A stretch of 64,000 bases of DNA from Tubiluchus corallicola (lineage: Eukaryota > Animalia > Priapulida), in contig JAQGDQ010002390.1 in NCBI GenBank assembly GCA_030141605.1, forward strand, positions 62,001 to 126,000, given 5' to 3'. The position numbers and the translations under genes are program-made. Position 1 is the first letter of the stretch, and the number at the start of each line of letters is the position of its first letter. The notes below the pieces were generated by a model. The model saw only the letters and a program-made list of their open reading frames with translations. It was not told where the DNA came from and made no database searches. Below, piece after piece: positions 50,539 to 61,644 of the stretch.

Positions 50539-50979
50539 TTACGGTGCCGCGTAAAGCCGCTGCGCCCGTTTTTCAAACGCGTTCACCATCTGCCTGTTCA
50601 CCTCGTGAAACAAAGAAGACGCCAGCTTTGATAAAAAATGAGAGCGAAACTCAAAATCAATAAAAAAAGCCACATGGCACCCTTGCGATTCCTCATCTTG
50701 GTGAAAAATCCAATGGCTGTTCAAATGTTTAAACGGCCCCTCTACCAGCTCGATATCAATACGAGAAGGATAATATAGCGTATCACGCGTTATAAATGTC
50801 TCCGTTATAACACCTAAACCCGAGGTTATACCAACGAGCAACGTATCATCCCGACTCTCCAAAAGCACCACCTCCTTACACCATGGTAAAAAGGCAGGAT
50901 ATTTCTCCACATCCGACACAAGCGTAAACAGTTGCTCGGCGGAAAATGAGAAAAAACGCTTCTCCTTATAAATCGGCAT
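50539..50979 (-). CDS. ratA: RatA/PasT/Coq10-family START-domain protein (coenzyme Q-binding)
   Basis: [40 protein letters not shown]. Confidence 0.93.
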   Translation of the reverse strand: MPIYKEKRFFSFSAEQLFTLVSDVEKYPAFLPWCKEVVLLESRDDTLLVGITSGLGVITETFITRDTLYYPSRIDIELVEGPFKHLNSHWIFHQDEESQGCHVAFFIDFEFRSHFLSKLASSLFHEVNRQMVNAFEKRAQRLYAAP

Positions 50980-51913
50980 GGGTTTCTTCCTGTCTCAGCT
51001 GTCGCTCCCGCGCTTTTCTCAAAAGAGCAAAATCATCATCCGCATGATAGGAAGAGCGCGTTAAAGGACTCGCCGAAACCATCAAAAACCCCTTGCTCTC
51101 AGCAGACTTTTCATAATCCTTAAATTGCTCCGGCGTTACAAAATCCATCACTGGCCAATGATAAGACGTCGGCTGTAAATATTGCCCAATCGTCAAAAAA
51201 TCCACCCGCGCAGAGCGCAAATCATCCATAACCTGCAAAACCTCTCCTTTTTCTTCCCCAAGCCCAACCATCATACCCGATTTCGTAAAAATTCCCGCAT
51301 CAAGATCACGAACCCTCGACAATAACTGAAGACTATGAAAATAACGAGCGCTCGGACTTATCTCACGATAAAGACGGGGAACAGTTTCTATATTATGGTT
51401 GAAAACATCCGGCCTCGCCTTCACAACCTTCTCCAGCGCCCCTACCTTACCCCGAAAATCCGGCGTTAAAACCTCTATCGTTATAGAGGGGCTTTGAGCA
51501 CGAACCTCCCGTATACAAGCCGCGAACTGTTCCGCCCCCCCATCATCGAGATCATCCCGATCAACAGAGGTAATCACCAAATAACTCAATCGCATCTTCC
51601 GCGCCATAAGAGCGATATTCTCAGGCTCGGAACTATCAAGCGCCTCGGGCTTTCCAGACTTTACATTGCAAAACCGGCAGGAACGTGTGCAAATATCGCC
51701 CAGAATCATCACAGCCGCATGCCCGCGCTGCCAGCATTCTCCAATATTCGGACAGGCCGCCTCCTCACAAATCGTATGTAACGAGCTTTCCCTCACCAAC
51801 GAACGCGTCTCTAAATATCCCTCAGATACCGGTGCCCTCACCCGTAACCAAGGCGGCTTTCTGAGAAACGCTTTCTGCTGGCTTTTCAATCTCTCACGCC
51901 GAACTTTATTCAT
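50966..51913 (-). CDS. lipA: Lipoyl synthase
   Basis: [59 protein letters not shown]. Confidence 0.98.
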   Translation of the reverse strand: MNKVRRERLKSQQKAFLRKPPWLRVRAPVSEGYLETRSLVRESSLHTICEEAACPNIGECWQRGHAAVMILGDICTRSCRFCNVKSGKPEALDSSEPENIALMARKMRLSYLVITSVDRDDLDDGGAEQFAACIREVRAQSPSITIEVLTPDFRGKVGALEKVVKARPDVFNHNIETVPRLYREISPSARYFHSLQLLSRVRDLDAGIFTKSGMMVGLGEEKGEVLQVMDDLRSARVDFLTIGQYLQPTSYHWPVMDFVTPEQFKDYEKSAESKGFLMVSASPLTRSSYHADDDFALLRKARERQLRQEETHADL

Positions 51914-51961
51914 AAAAATACCCTAAAATCACTCCTCAAATATACCTTAAACCTATAATAG

Positions 51962-52288
51962 CTAATCCAGATCATCAAGTAAAATAACAATCTCATCATC
52001 CAAACCCATATGAAGAACAATCCGCGCACGCTCCTCTAAAAAATCCAAGTCCAAACTCTCCGGATAAAGACTCTTGACACGCACTTCAAGCGCAAACCTC
52101 TCCTCTTGCAGCTCATCCAGCCGCTGCCGCGCTTGCTCTATATCCTGCCGCAAGTTAAAAAAAACAGAAAAACTCTGCTGCCCCCTCATAATATGGCTTA
52201 AAAACCACGCCACAAGAATAAGCATTAAAAATAAAACGACACACTTGATTAATGGCGCGAAAAAAGATTCAATAGCGGATTTTCTCAT
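51962..52288 (-). CDS. ftsB: Septum formation initiator (FtsB/DivIC family)
   Basis: One TM, coiled coil, SL.PESLDLD.LEERAR..L.....EI.I. Confidence 0.85.
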   Translation of the reverse strand: MRKSAIESFFAPLIKCVVLFLMLILVAWFLSHIMRGQQSFSVFFNLRQDIEQARQRLDELQEERFALEVRVKSLYPESLDLDFLEERARIVLHMGLDDEIVILLDDLD

Positions 52289-52470
52289 TAAACAAATACC
52301 TTGGCTGCAGATCGATTGTAGAAAGTATAAAGCTAAAATATTTATAATCCATTAAATCTTATCTTAAAGTCTTACCTCCATCCCTCTTAAAGCCGTGTTT
52401 CCCATCCCCCTAAATATCAAAATAAAGCCTCCCTCATAGCATAAAATTACCGCCCGCCTTCTTTCCCTTA

Positions 52471-52500
52471 TTGCATTTCACAGCAACTATGCCATAAAAT
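52471..52500 (+). promoter_or_regulatory. Sigma70-like promoter for dnaE
   Basis: TTGCAT-N18-TAAAAT. Confidence 0.4.
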
Positions 52501-52548
52501 AGCTTTGGAAATTTTACACAATTACAGACTTTAAATGCGGGTCCCTTC

Positions 52549-55500
52549 ATGAATAAAAAACAATCTAATTTCATACATTTAAGAGTACATTCCGCTTATT
52601 CTCTCGCTGAAAGCGCCATTAAAACAGAAGAGCTGCTCAAACAATGCAAAGACAATAATATGCCCGCTGTCGCCATAACCGATACCAATAATATCTTCGG
52701 CGCAAGAGAATTTTCACTTCAGGCAATCAACGCCGGTATCCAACCTATTATCGGCTGCCAGATTACCCTTAACCATAACAGAACCTCCAGCGAACTCCCT
52801 CTCCTTGTGCAAGACGAAACCGGCTATAAAAATCTTCTGCGGCTTTTGTCAAACGCTTACCTCAGTAATAAAAATATATTCGTCACCCTTGAACAGCTGA
52901 GCGCTGCCTCCCAAGGCCTTATCGCTCTCTCCGGAGGAGACAGCGGCCCCATAGGAGCCGCCCTTGAACACAATAGCTATAAAGACGCGGAAACCATAAC
53001 AAAAACACTCGCAACCCTCTTTCAAAACAGATTCTATATGGAGATTATGCGCCATAACCTTCCTCAACAGAAAAAATCAGAAGCTGTTTTTATCGACCTC
53101 GCCCTGAAATATACCCTCCCTCTTGTCGCGACAAATAACTGCTTCTTCCCAACAGCAGAAATGTATGAAGCAAGCGATATCCTTCTGTGTATCGCCCAAG
53201 GAACTGTCATAACAGACGAAAACAGACGCCACCTAACACCCTCTCACTATCTGAAAAACTCCCAGGAAATGGAAGAGCTCTTCGCCGATATACCAGAGTC
53301 CATAACCAATACACGCGTCATCGCTCAACGATGCGCTTTCCTGATAGATAAAAAAACACCGTCACTCCCTCACGCCTTCGGTCCCGACATCAATGAAGAT
53401 AAAAAATTGGAAGAAGAAGCGCTCGCTGGCTTGCAAACCCGCCTAGAAAACGCCGTATTTACAGAGTCCTTAACACAAGAGGAAAAAAAAGATATCCAAA
53501 TACGCTACACACAAAGACTAAACTATGAAATCAGCGTCATTACAGACATGGGATTCTCTGGATATTTCCTGATTGTCGCTGACTTTATCGGATGGGCGAA
53601 GCAACACGAAATTCCCGTCGGACCCGGACGAGGATCCGGCGCCGGCTCCCTAGTCGCTTGGTCGCTTTTCATCACAGACTTGGATCCTATTCGATTCGAC
53701 CTCCTGTTTGAACGATTCCTCAATCCTGAACGCGTCTCCATGCCGGACTTCGATATCGATTTCTGCCAAGAACGCCGCGACGAAGTTATCCATTACGTAC
53801 AGAAAAAATACGGAAAGGAAAATGTCGCGCAAATCATCACATTCGGAAAACTCAAAGCGCGAGCCGTCATCCGAGATGTCACGCGCGTGCTCAATATGCC
53901 ATGGTCCCTAGGCGATAAAATCGCTAAAATGATCCCAAGTCAACCTGGGAAAGAAATCTCCCTAACCCAGGCCATCAAAACAGAACCAAACCTGAAAGAA
54001 TTCCTAAACGAGGACCCGCAAGCTAAACAAATCGTCAATATCGGAAAACAACTTGAAGGACTCTATCGACACGCCTCGACACACGCCGCGGGCGTGGTGA
54101 TAGGATCACAAAAACTCAAAGAGATAATCCCTCTCTATCGCGATCCGGGATCGGATATGCCTGTAACAGGATTCAATATGAAATATATCGAAGATACAGG
54201 CCTGATTAAATTCGACTTTCTTGGGCTGAAAACCCTCTCTATGCTTAAAAAAACCGTAGAGCTTATTCAGAAAACAGAACATAAAAATATCGATATATCA
54301 ACACTCCCCCTTGATGACAACGCTGTTTTCGACCTGCTTTCCAGCGGAAATACACTGGGAGTCTTTCAGATGGAAAGCGCCGGAATGCGCGACGTGCTTC
54401 GGAAAATGAAACCCGATAGCTTTGAGGATATTATCGCAGCTGTCTCCCTCTATCGCCCCGGCCCAATGGACAATATACAAAGCTATGTCAAACGAAAACA
54501 CGGGCTGGAAAAAATCAACTATATGCATGACTCCCTAAAGCCGATTTTACAAGAAACATTCGGCATCATGGTCTATCAGGAACAAGTCATGCAAATCGCC
54601 CAAACAATGGCACGCTATACCTTGGGAGCCGCCGATCTACTCAGACGCGCCATGGGAAAAAAAATCGCCTCCCAAATGGAAGAACAACGGGAAATCTTTA
54701 TCCGTGGCGCCATGGAAAACACTATCCATAAATCCGTCGCTCAAAATGTCTTTGAGCAAATGGCAAAATTCGCCAGCTACGGATTTAACAAATCCCACGC
54801 CGCCGCCTACGCCCTCATTGCCTACCAAACAGCCTGGTTCAAAACCCACTATCCCGTAGAATTTATCGCCGCACTTATCACATTTGATATCGATAACACC
54901 GATAAAATCAACCTGTATATCCAAGACGCGAAATCCATGAATATTACCGTATTACCTCCCGATATCAACAATTCCTTCCCTTTTTTCCACGTAAGAAAAA
55001 ATAAAGACGGAACAAAAAATATCCTCTATGCCCTTTCCGCAATTAAAAATATCAGCCAGCAAACCATGTCTATCCTTGTACAGGAAAGAGAAAAAAATGG
55101 CCCCTTTACAACACTCAATGACCTCATGGAACGCGTCGACCTTAAAAGAATATCTAAACGACAACTTGAAAATCTCATCAAAGCAGGCGCCTGCGATTCC
55201 CTGAAAGTTGACCGGAAAAGACTCCTTGTGCATATCGAATCAATTCTCAAACATTCCGCTGCCTTCTGGGAAGAAAAAAATAGCGCGCAGATCAACCTGT
55301 TTAACAATAACTCCAACCAAGAAAAACACACGCTTGCCTTCTCACTCCCCCATGAATCCCCTTGGGGCCAAACCGAAAAATTAAACGCTGAACTTGAAGC
55401 CGCAGGGCTTTATCTATCAGCGCACCCCCTGGATTCCTGGCACGAAAAACTGAAAAAAATGAATATACAATCCATTCAGAAGATTACAGAAAAACAAAAA

Positions 55501-55992
55501 ACAAACCATACGGCCACAATGGCCGGAGTTGTCATGAATACAAAAATTCGCCGCTCCAAAAAAGGAAACCGCTTCGCATTTATCCTCTTCTCGGACTCAA
55601 CAGGAAGCTTTGAGGTCACAATGTTCTCCGAAATACTCTCTCAGTGCGAGCAAGAACTCAAAACAGGAAACGCCTTTATCCTCAACGTAAACGTAGAATG
55701 GAGCGACAATACCATCAACCTGACCGCTATTGGACTCTCCTCCCTTGAGAAAAAAATTCTCACAAAGCAAAATACCCTCCACCTCCAAATCAACCAGCTA
55801 ACAGCCCTAGACTCCCTTCACGAAATCCTAAAAAATAACGAGGCGGGCCTAAGCCATATCTACCTTTCCTTGCCTGTGATAAACCAAACCCACCAGGCAA
55901 CCCTCCGCCTCCCCAAAACCTACCATATTGACTTTAATATCATAACAAAAATCAAAGATATACAAGGGATTCATATCGTCCCTCAACTATAA
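52549..55992 (+). CDS. dnaE: DNA polymerase III alpha subunit
   Basis: FIHLRVHSAYSL (PHP), GPGRGSGAGS, FERFLNPERVSMPDFDIDF, KFDFLGL, YRPGPM, YGFNKSH; no intein evident. Confidence 0.99.
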   Translation: MNKKQSNFIHLRVHSAYSLAESAIKTEELLKQCKDNNMPAVAITDTNNIFGAREFSLQAINAGIQPIIGCQITLNHNRTSSELPLLVQDETGYKNLLRLLSNAYLSNKNIFVTLEQLSAASQGLIALSGGDSGPIGAALEHNSYKDAETITKTLATLFQNRFYMEIMRHNLPQQKKSEAVFIDLALKYTLPLVATNNCFFPTAEMYEASDILLCIAQGTVITDENRRHLTPSHYLKNSQEMEELFADIPESITNTRVIAQRCAFLIDKKTPSLPHAFGPDINEDKKLEEEALAGLQTRLENAVFTESLTQEEKKDIQIRYTQRLNYEISVITDMGFSGYFLIVADFIGWAKQHEIPVGPGRGSGAGSLVAWSLFITDLDPIRFDLLFERFLNPERVSMPDFDIDFCQERRDEVIHYVQKKYGKENVAQIITFGKLKARAVIRDVTRVLNMPWSLGDKIAKMIPSQPGKEISLTQAIKTEPNLKEFLNEDPQAKQIVNIGKQLEGLYRHASTHAAGVVIGSQKLKEIIPLYRDPGSDMPVTGFNMKYIEDTGLIKFDFLGLKTLSMLKKTVELIQKTEHKNIDISTLPLDDNAVFDLLSSGNTLGVFQMESAGMRDVLRKMKPDSFEDIIAAVSLYRPGPMDNIQSYVKRKHGLEKINYMHDSLKPILQETFGIMVYQEQVMQIAQTMARYTLGAADLLRRAMGKKIASQMEEQREIFIRGAMENTIHKSVAQNVFEQMAKFASYGFNKSHAAAYALIAYQTAWFKTHYPVEFIAALITFDIDNTDKINLYIQDAKSMNITVLPPDINNSFPFFHVRKNKDGTKNILYALSAIKNISQQTMSILVQEREKNGPFTTLNDLMERVDLKRISKRQLENLIKAGACDSLKVDRKRLLVHIESILKHSAAFWEEKNSAQINLFNNNSNQEKHTLAFSLPHESPWGQTEKLNAELEAAGLYLSAHPLDSWHEKLKKMNIQSIQKITEKQKTNHTATMAGVVMNTKIRRSKKGNRFAFILFSDSTGSFEVTMFSEILSQCEQELKTGNAFILNVNVEWSDNTINLTAIGLSSLEKKILTKQNTLHLQINQLTALDSLHEILKNNEAGLSHIYLSLPVINQTHQATLRLPKTYHIDFNIITKIKDIQGIHIVPQL

Positions 55993-56095
55993 AATAAATA
56001 TTTCCTCTGTTATAATTTTCATAAAATGAGTACACTGTGAAATAAATAATAAAAAAATATCAGGGTCAACCAGCTAAAACTAAGGAGCTTTAAAC

Positions 56096-56446
56096 ATGAC
56101 AACCTCTATTATTAAACTTTACCATAACCCGGACTGTTCGAAATCTCGCACTGCCGTGGCCCTGCTGGAGGAACACCATGCTGAATTCCAAATCGTCCAT
56201 TATATGAAAACGCCACCAACACCACAGGATATTAAAAAAATCTTGGCAGCCCTTAATAAAACTGCCCATGATATCATTCGCGAAAAAGAGGCTCGGGAAA
56301 GTGAAATAGACCTTAGTTCTACAGATGAAGAAGAACTTATCCAAACATTGTCCAAACATCCTCATCTTTTGCAAAGACCGATCGCTATCATAAATGATAA
56401 AGCCGAAATCGGCCGCCCGCCAGAAAATATCCTAAAACTTCTATAA
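56096..56446 (+). CDS. arsC: ArsC-family (glutaredoxin-dependent) reductase
   Basis: YHNPDCSKSR, HP.LLQRPI, IGRPPE; RBS AAGGAG. Confidence 0.9.
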   Translation: MTTSIIKLYHNPDCSKSRTAVALLEEHHAEFQIVHYMKTPPTPQDIKKILAALNKTAHDIIREKEARESEIDLSSTDEEELIQTLSKHPHLLQRPIAIINDKAEIGRPPENILKLL

Positions 56447-56493
56447 CTCTTTGAAATCACGGTTTCATAAAAAATCTAAAAAGATACACTTAA

Positions 56494-59145
56494 ATGAAAA
56501 ATATTAATACGATCCGCCAAACATTTTTAGACTATTTCACACGCTACCAGCATACAATTGTGCCATCAAGTCCCCTTGTGCCTCACAACGATCCGACTTT
56601 AATGTTCACAAACGCCGGCATGGTCCCTTTTAAAAACCTCTTTACAGAAACAGAAACACGAGCCTATCAACGCGCGGTAACAACACAAAAATGCCTCCGA
56701 GCAGGCGGAAAACATAACGATCTGGAAAATGTCGGACACACAGCGCGACACCATACCTTCTTTGAAATGCTGGGAAACTTCTCCTTCGGTGACTATTTCA
56801 AAGAAGAAGCCATTTTCTATGCCTGGGATCTCGTGACAAAAGAATTCGCCCTGCCTACCGATCGCCTGCTGGTAACCGTATATTCCGAAGATCATGAAGC
56901 CTTTACCTATTGGAAAAAAATCGCCGGCCTTCCAGAAAGTAAAATCCTTAAAATCGCAACAAGCGATAATTTCTGGAGCATGGGCGATACCGGTCCTTGC
57001 GGCCCCTGCTCGGAAATCTTCTACGATCACGGAGACCATATCCCCGGCGGCCCCCCAGGAAGCGCCAACGAAGATGGTGACCGATTCGTTGAAATCTGGA
57101 ACCTCGTCTTCATGCAATATGAACAACTCGCTTCCGGAGAACGAAAAAATCTCCCCAAACCTTCTATTGATACAGGTATGGGACTAGAACGTATCACCGC
57201 TGTGCTTCAGGGAACACATGATAACTATAACATTGACCTCTTTCAAAAACTCATCGCCACCTCGGCTGCCTTGACAAATACAGACACTCAAGGAAGTAGC
57301 CTGCTTTCACATCGCGTTATCGCAGACCATATTCGAGCGATCGGCTTTTTAATCGCCGATGGCATTCTTCCGTCCAATGAAGGACGAGGATACGTCCTAC
57401 GCCGCATTATGCGACGCGCCATGCGACACGGAAACCTTATCGGTATGAAAAAGGACCCCTTCCTCTATAAGCTTGTCCCAACACTTATTGAGATCATGGG
57501 AGAAGCATGGCCCGAACTGCCCCGCGCCCAAACACTGATTACAGAAACCCTCAAAACAGAGGAAATTCGCTTTATACGCGCTTTGGATAACGGCTTAAAA
57601 CTTCTTTCCGCTGAAACCAAACATCTAAAACAAGGCGATACCCTTTCAGGGAACGTTATCTTCCAACTTTATGATACCTACGGTTTTCCGCTGGATCTAA
57701 CACAAGACGCCCTTAAAGATACAGGCATCTCCATTGATATCGATGGCTTCGACACCGCAATGGAACAGCAGAAAACAGAAGCCCGAAAAGCCTGGGCAGG
57801 CTCCGGCGACAGCGCGACAGACCCCCTATGGCTGACTTTAAAAGATACTCTCGGCGAAACCAACTTCCTCGGATACACAAAAGTAGAAAGTGACGCTAAA
57901 CTACTGGCGATCGTTCAAGATAAAAAAGAATTGACGCATATCGAAAAAAATCAGGAGGCATTCCTTATTTTTAACCAGACACCTTTCTACGGAGAAAGCG
58001 GCGGCCAACTTGCCGATCACGGTACCCTTTACCATGAAAGCGCAAAAGCAGACGTTATCGACGTGCAGAAATACGCCGACAACCTGTTTGTCCATAAAGC
58101 CAAAATCACAGAAGGACGCCTTACAGTCGGCGATATTGTCCATCTTCAAGTCGATAAGCGATATCGCTCTCAGGTTGCCGCTCACCATTCCGCAGCCCAC
58201 CTTCTACACGCCGCCTTAAGAGACCATTTCGGTGACCATATCACACAAAAGGGCTCTATGGTCTCTAATACAAAAATACGCTTTGACATCAGCCACCCAC
58301 GCCCTTTAAACGCAGAAGAGCTACAGATCATCGAGCAAAATGTCAACGCGCAAATTATCAAAAACATCCCCCTTCACACACAGATACTGTCTTACCAGGA
58401 AAGCTTGAAAACAGGCGCCTTATCCCTTTTCGGAGAAAAATATGACGAAAATGTCCGTATTGTCTCCATGGGAGAAAATAAAGACAATAATATCGCCTTC
58501 TCTATAGAACTCTGCGGCGGAACACACGTTAAGCGAACAGGCGATATCGGCATGTTTATCATTACGGCAGAAAGCTCTCTGGCCGCCGGCGTCCGCCGAA
58601 TTGAAGCCGTCGCCGGATTAAGCGCCCTAAAATGGCACCAGAATAATGAAACACTCCTTAATCAAGCAGCAGCCCTGCTGAAAATTAAACGCGACCATAT
58701 TCCAGATCGCTTAAACGCTCTTTTAGAAGAGCGCAAAACAATGGAAAAAGAAATCCAAACCTTAAGAAAACAACTCGCTTCCGGAAAAACGCTCCCCGGT
58801 AACACCGCCGAAACCATCAAGGATATCTCCTTTATCGGAAAAATTATGGACGATATCCCCCCAAAAGAACTTAAAGGCATGGCTGATGACATTATTTCTC
58901 AGCATCCCGCTCCCTGCGTCGCCGCCCTGATTACAAAATCAACAGCGAAAGCCTCCCTGGTAGTCGCTGTCTCTAAAGAATCCACAGATCGCTTAAACGC
59001 GATCACCCTCGTACAAACCGGCGCTGTCGCTATGGGAGGAAAAGGAGGAGGCGGCCGACCCGACATGGCGCAAGCCGGCGGCCCAGACTCCCAAAAAGCA
59101 GAACAGGCCATCAATGCCATTAAAGCCGCAATCGAAAAAGCATGA
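56494..59145 (+). CDS. alaS: Alanine--tRNA ligase
   Basis: DPTLMFTNAGM, RHHTFFEMLGNFSFGDYFK, DTGMGLER, TPFYGESGGQ, HSAAHLLH, ELCGGTH, GKGGGGRPDMAQAG. Confidence 0.99.
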   Translation: MKNINTIRQTFLDYFTRYQHTIVPSSPLVPHNDPTLMFTNAGMVPFKNLFTETETRAYQRAVTTQKCLRAGGKHNDLENVGHTARHHTFFEMLGNFSFGDYFKEEAIFYAWDLVTKEFALPTDRLLVTVYSEDHEAFTYWKKIAGLPESKILKIATSDNFWSMGDTGPCGPCSEIFYDHGDHIPGGPPGSANEDGDRFVEIWNLVFMQYEQLASGERKNLPKPSIDTGMGLERITAVLQGTHDNYNIDLFQKLIATSAALTNTDTQGSSLLSHRVIADHIRAIGFLIADGILPSNEGRGYVLRRIMRRAMRHGNLIGMKKDPFLYKLVPTLIEIMGEAWPELPRAQTLITETLKTEEIRFIRALDNGLKLLSAETKHLKQGDTLSGNVIFQLYDTYGFPLDLTQDALKDTGISIDIDGFDTAMEQQKTEARKAWAGSGDSATDPLWLTLKDTLGETNFLGYTKVESDAKLLAIVQDKKELTHIEKNQEAFLIFNQTPFYGESGGQLADHGTLYHESAKADVIDVQKYADNLFVHKAKITEGRLTVGDIVHLQVDKRYRSQVAAHHSAAHLLHAALRDHFGDHITQKGSMVSNTKIRFDISHPRPLNAEELQIIEQNVNAQIIKNIPLHTQILSYQESLKTGALSLFGEKYDENVRIVSMGENKDNNIAFSIELCGGTHVKRTGDIGMFIITAESSLAAGVRRIEAVAGLSALKWHQNNETLLNQAAALLKIKRDHIPDRLNALLEERKTMEKEIQTLRKQLASGKTLPGNTAETIKDISFIGKIMDDIPPKELKGMADDIISQHPAPCVAALITKSTAKASLVVAVSKESTDRLNAITLVQTGAVAMGGKGGGGRPDMAQAGGPDSQKAEQAINAIKAAIEKA

Positions 59146-60353
59146 ATATCCAAAAACAAAAATTAAAACATTTCTTCAAAAGCCCAGAAGGCCTGCTCAT
59201 AGTTATGAGCTTTTCCATGCCGATCGCCTTTAATACATGGAATGTCCTGCTGAATAATTTCGCCATTGAGAAAGCCAGCTTTCAAGGAGAACATATCGGC
59301 CTCCTTCAGAGTATTCGCGAAATCCCCGGATTTCTCGCCTTTGGTGTCATCTTTCTTCTCTTTATGATTCGAGAACAAAGACTCGCCCTCCTCAGCCTGA
59401 TCATACTCGGAGTTGGCGTTGCCTTCACCGGCTTGTTTCCCACAAAAATCGGCCTTTATACAACAACCTTAATCATGTCCATAGGATTTCACTGGTTTGA
59501 AACCCTGCGGCAATCGCTCTCACTACAGTGGATATCAAAAGAACGCGCGTCAATCGTACTGGGACGCCTCGTCTCTGTCGATTCTATCGCTTCAATTTTC
59601 GGTCTCGCTCTCGTCTGGCTGTTACTGACGCAATTTCACTTCTCGATGACTGTCGTTTATCTCATCAATGGCCTTCTGCTCGTCCTGATTATCCTCATGG
59701 CATGGATTCTCTTTCCTTCCTTTGAAAACCATCAGCAGCAGCATCAGAAAATTATCCTGCGAAAACGCTACACCCTCTACTATATCCTGACATTTATGGC
59801 AGGAGCTAGACGCCAGATTTTCATGGTATTCGCAAACTTTATGATGGTTTATACATTCAAAATGCTCCCTCATCAAGTTACACTCCTCTTTCTTGTAACC
59901 TGCTTTATCAATATATTCCTCGCCCCTAAAATCGGAAAATTGATCGCTCAACATGGCGAAAGAAAAATCCTCATTATCGAATATATAGGCCTTTGCGCCA
60001 TCTTTGTCTCCTACGCTTTTCTCAGCACAATCCAGTGGGCGATTATTATGTATATACTCAACCATCTGTTCTTCAGCCTTTCCATCGCTATCAAAACCTA
60101 TTTCCAAAAAATAGCCAACCCCCAAGATATCGCCTCAACAGCCGCCGTCAGCTTTACAATCAACCATCTCGCCGCTGTCTTTATTCCTGTCTTCTTCGGA
60201 AGAATATGGGACATCTCACCCTCCGCTGTCTTTCTAGCAGGAGCCGCCATGGCTTTTATCTCCTTTCTCCTGTCCTGCCTAGTCCCAAGACACCCAACAA
60301 TCGAAATACCCACAATCAGTATGTCGAGAAAAAAACAACCCGCAGAAACATAG
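59142..60353 (+). CDS. MFS transporter
   Basis: About 12 TM; QSIREIPGFL, GARRQIF..FA.F, FTINH.AAV; ATGA overlap with alaS. Confidence 0.9.
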   Translation: MNIQKQKLKHFFKSPEGLLIVMSFSMPIAFNTWNVLLNNFAIEKASFQGEHIGLLQSIREIPGFLAFGVIFLLFMIREQRLALLSLIILGVGVAFTGLFPTKIGLYTTTLIMSIGFHWFETLRQSLSLQWISKERASIVLGRLVSVDSIASIFGLALVWLLLTQFHFSMTVVYLINGLLLVLIILMAWILFPSFENHQQQHQKIILRKRYTLYYILTFMAGARRQIFMVFANFMMVYTFKMLPHQVTLLFLVTCFINIFLAPKIGKLIAQHGERKILIIEYIGLCAIFVSYAFLSTIQWAIIMYILNHLFFSLSIAIKTYFQKIANPQDIASTAAVSFTINHLAAVFIPVFFGRIWDISPSAVFLAGAAMAFISFLLSCLVPRHPTIEIPTISMSRKKQPAET

Positions 60354-60359
60354 GCAACA

Positions 60360-60698
60360 ATGGCACGCTCACCCTTTGCGCTCACAAAAGAAAAGCAAAT
60401 TAAATTATTCGTGCAGCTTTCTCCCGCCGCCTCTAAAAATACACTCGCGGGAATTCGTAAAGACGCAACAGGACAAGAGCGCCTCCGAATTCTCGTCACG
60501 GCACAACCGGAAAAAGGAAAAGCAAACACCGCCGCTATACAGCTACTGGCAAAAACACTCAAAATACCTAAATCCACCATAACAATCACACATGGTTTGA
60601 CAGATAAATATAAGAGCTTCATAATCAATAACGCAGATCAATCAACCATCGAAACGCTTCAAAACATCATACACTCCAGCGCTACAACAGAAAGATAA
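60360..60698 (+). CDS. DUF167/YggU family protein
   Basis: V.L.P.AS, L.I.VTA.PE.GKAN.A.I.LLAK.L.IPKS.I.I..G. Confidence 0.92.
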   Translation: MARSPFALTKEKQIKLFVQLSPAASKNTLAGIRKDATGQERLRILVTAQPEKGKANTAAIQLLAKTLKIPKSTITITHGLTDKYKSFIINNADQSTIETLQNIIHSSATTER

Positions 60699-60704
60699 AA
60701 CCCT

Positions 60705-61589
60705 ATGAATACACATATTATCAACGGAAAAAAAATCGCGGAAACTGTCCGGCAATCCCTGAAAAAAACCGTTGCGGACCTCCAGAAAAACCATAATCTC
60801 ACCCCCGGACTCGCCGTGGTGCTCATCGGTGAGGACCCCGCAAGCCAAGTCTATGTCCGTAATAAAATCGCACAAACAAAAGAAGTCCTGATGAACTCCT
60901 TTGAATTTAAACTGCCCGCCCAAACCCCTCAGGACGAGGTGCTGGCACTCGTGCATACACTCAATAAACGGCAAGACGTCCATGGAATTCTTGTCCAGTT
61001 TCCAGTCCCAGACCACATGAACCAAGCCGAAATCATCAAAGCTATCGATCCAAAAAAAGACGTCGATGGACTCCATATAGAAAATATCGGCCTGCTGACA
61101 ACAGGCGACAAAGGACTAACACCCTGCACACCTTCGGGATGCGTTCTTCTTCTGAAAAAAACCCTCCCCTCCCTTAGCGGTAAACACGCTGTAATCGTCG
61201 GACGCTCCAGACTGGTCGGAAAACCGCTCGCTATGCTGCTGTTAAATGAAAATTGTACCGTGACAATCGCTCACTCGAGAACAGAAAACCTGCCCGCCAT
61301 ATGCCAGAAAGCCGACATTCTAATCGCCGCCGTCGGAAAATCCATGATGATCAAAAAAGAATGGGTGAAACCAGGCGCAACCGTTATTGACGTCGGAATC
61401 AACCGAATGAAAATCCCAGACGGAAAAGCAAAACTTGTTGGCGATGTCGATTTCGAAAATGTAAGCCCAATCGCAGGCGCCATAACACCCGTCCCCGGCG
61501 GCGTTGGACCAATGACAATCGCCTGCCTCCTGCGCAATACCGTCACCGCCGCCTGCCAGCAAAACAATCTCCCAAACCCTCTTGAATAA
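60705..61589 (+). CDS. folD: Methylenetetrahydrofolate dehydrogenase/cyclohydrolase
   Basis: [55 protein letters not shown]. Confidence 0.98.
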   Translation: MNTHIINGKKIAETVRQSLKKTVADLQKNHNLTPGLAVVLIGEDPASQVYVRNKIAQTKEVLMNSFEFKLPAQTPQDEVLALVHTLNKRQDVHGILVQFPVPDHMNQAEIIKAIDPKKDVDGLHIENIGLLTTGDKGLTPCTPSGCVLLLKKTLPSLSGKHAVIVGRSRLVGKPLAMLLLNENCTVTIAHSRTENLPAICQKADILIAAVGKSMMIKKEWVKPGATVIDVGINRMKIPDGKAKLVGDVDFENVSPIAGAITPVPGGVGPMTIACLLRNTVTAACQQNNLPNPLE

Positions 61590-61601
61590 AATCACCAGAA
61601 C

Positions 61602-61635
61602 AAAAGCCAGATTCCCCTAAAAGAAACTGGCTTTT
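61602..61635. terminator. Bidirectional terminator between folD and galM
   Basis: AAAAGCCAG...CTGGCTTTT inverted repeat. Confidence 0.65.
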
Positions 61636-61644
61636 CAACCCCCC

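Noticed and set aside
50539-50979. RatA as a type II toxin-antitoxin system
   Set aside because: No antitoxin partner; the lipA-linked Coq10-like protein is better explained as a ubiquinone-binding housekeeping factor.
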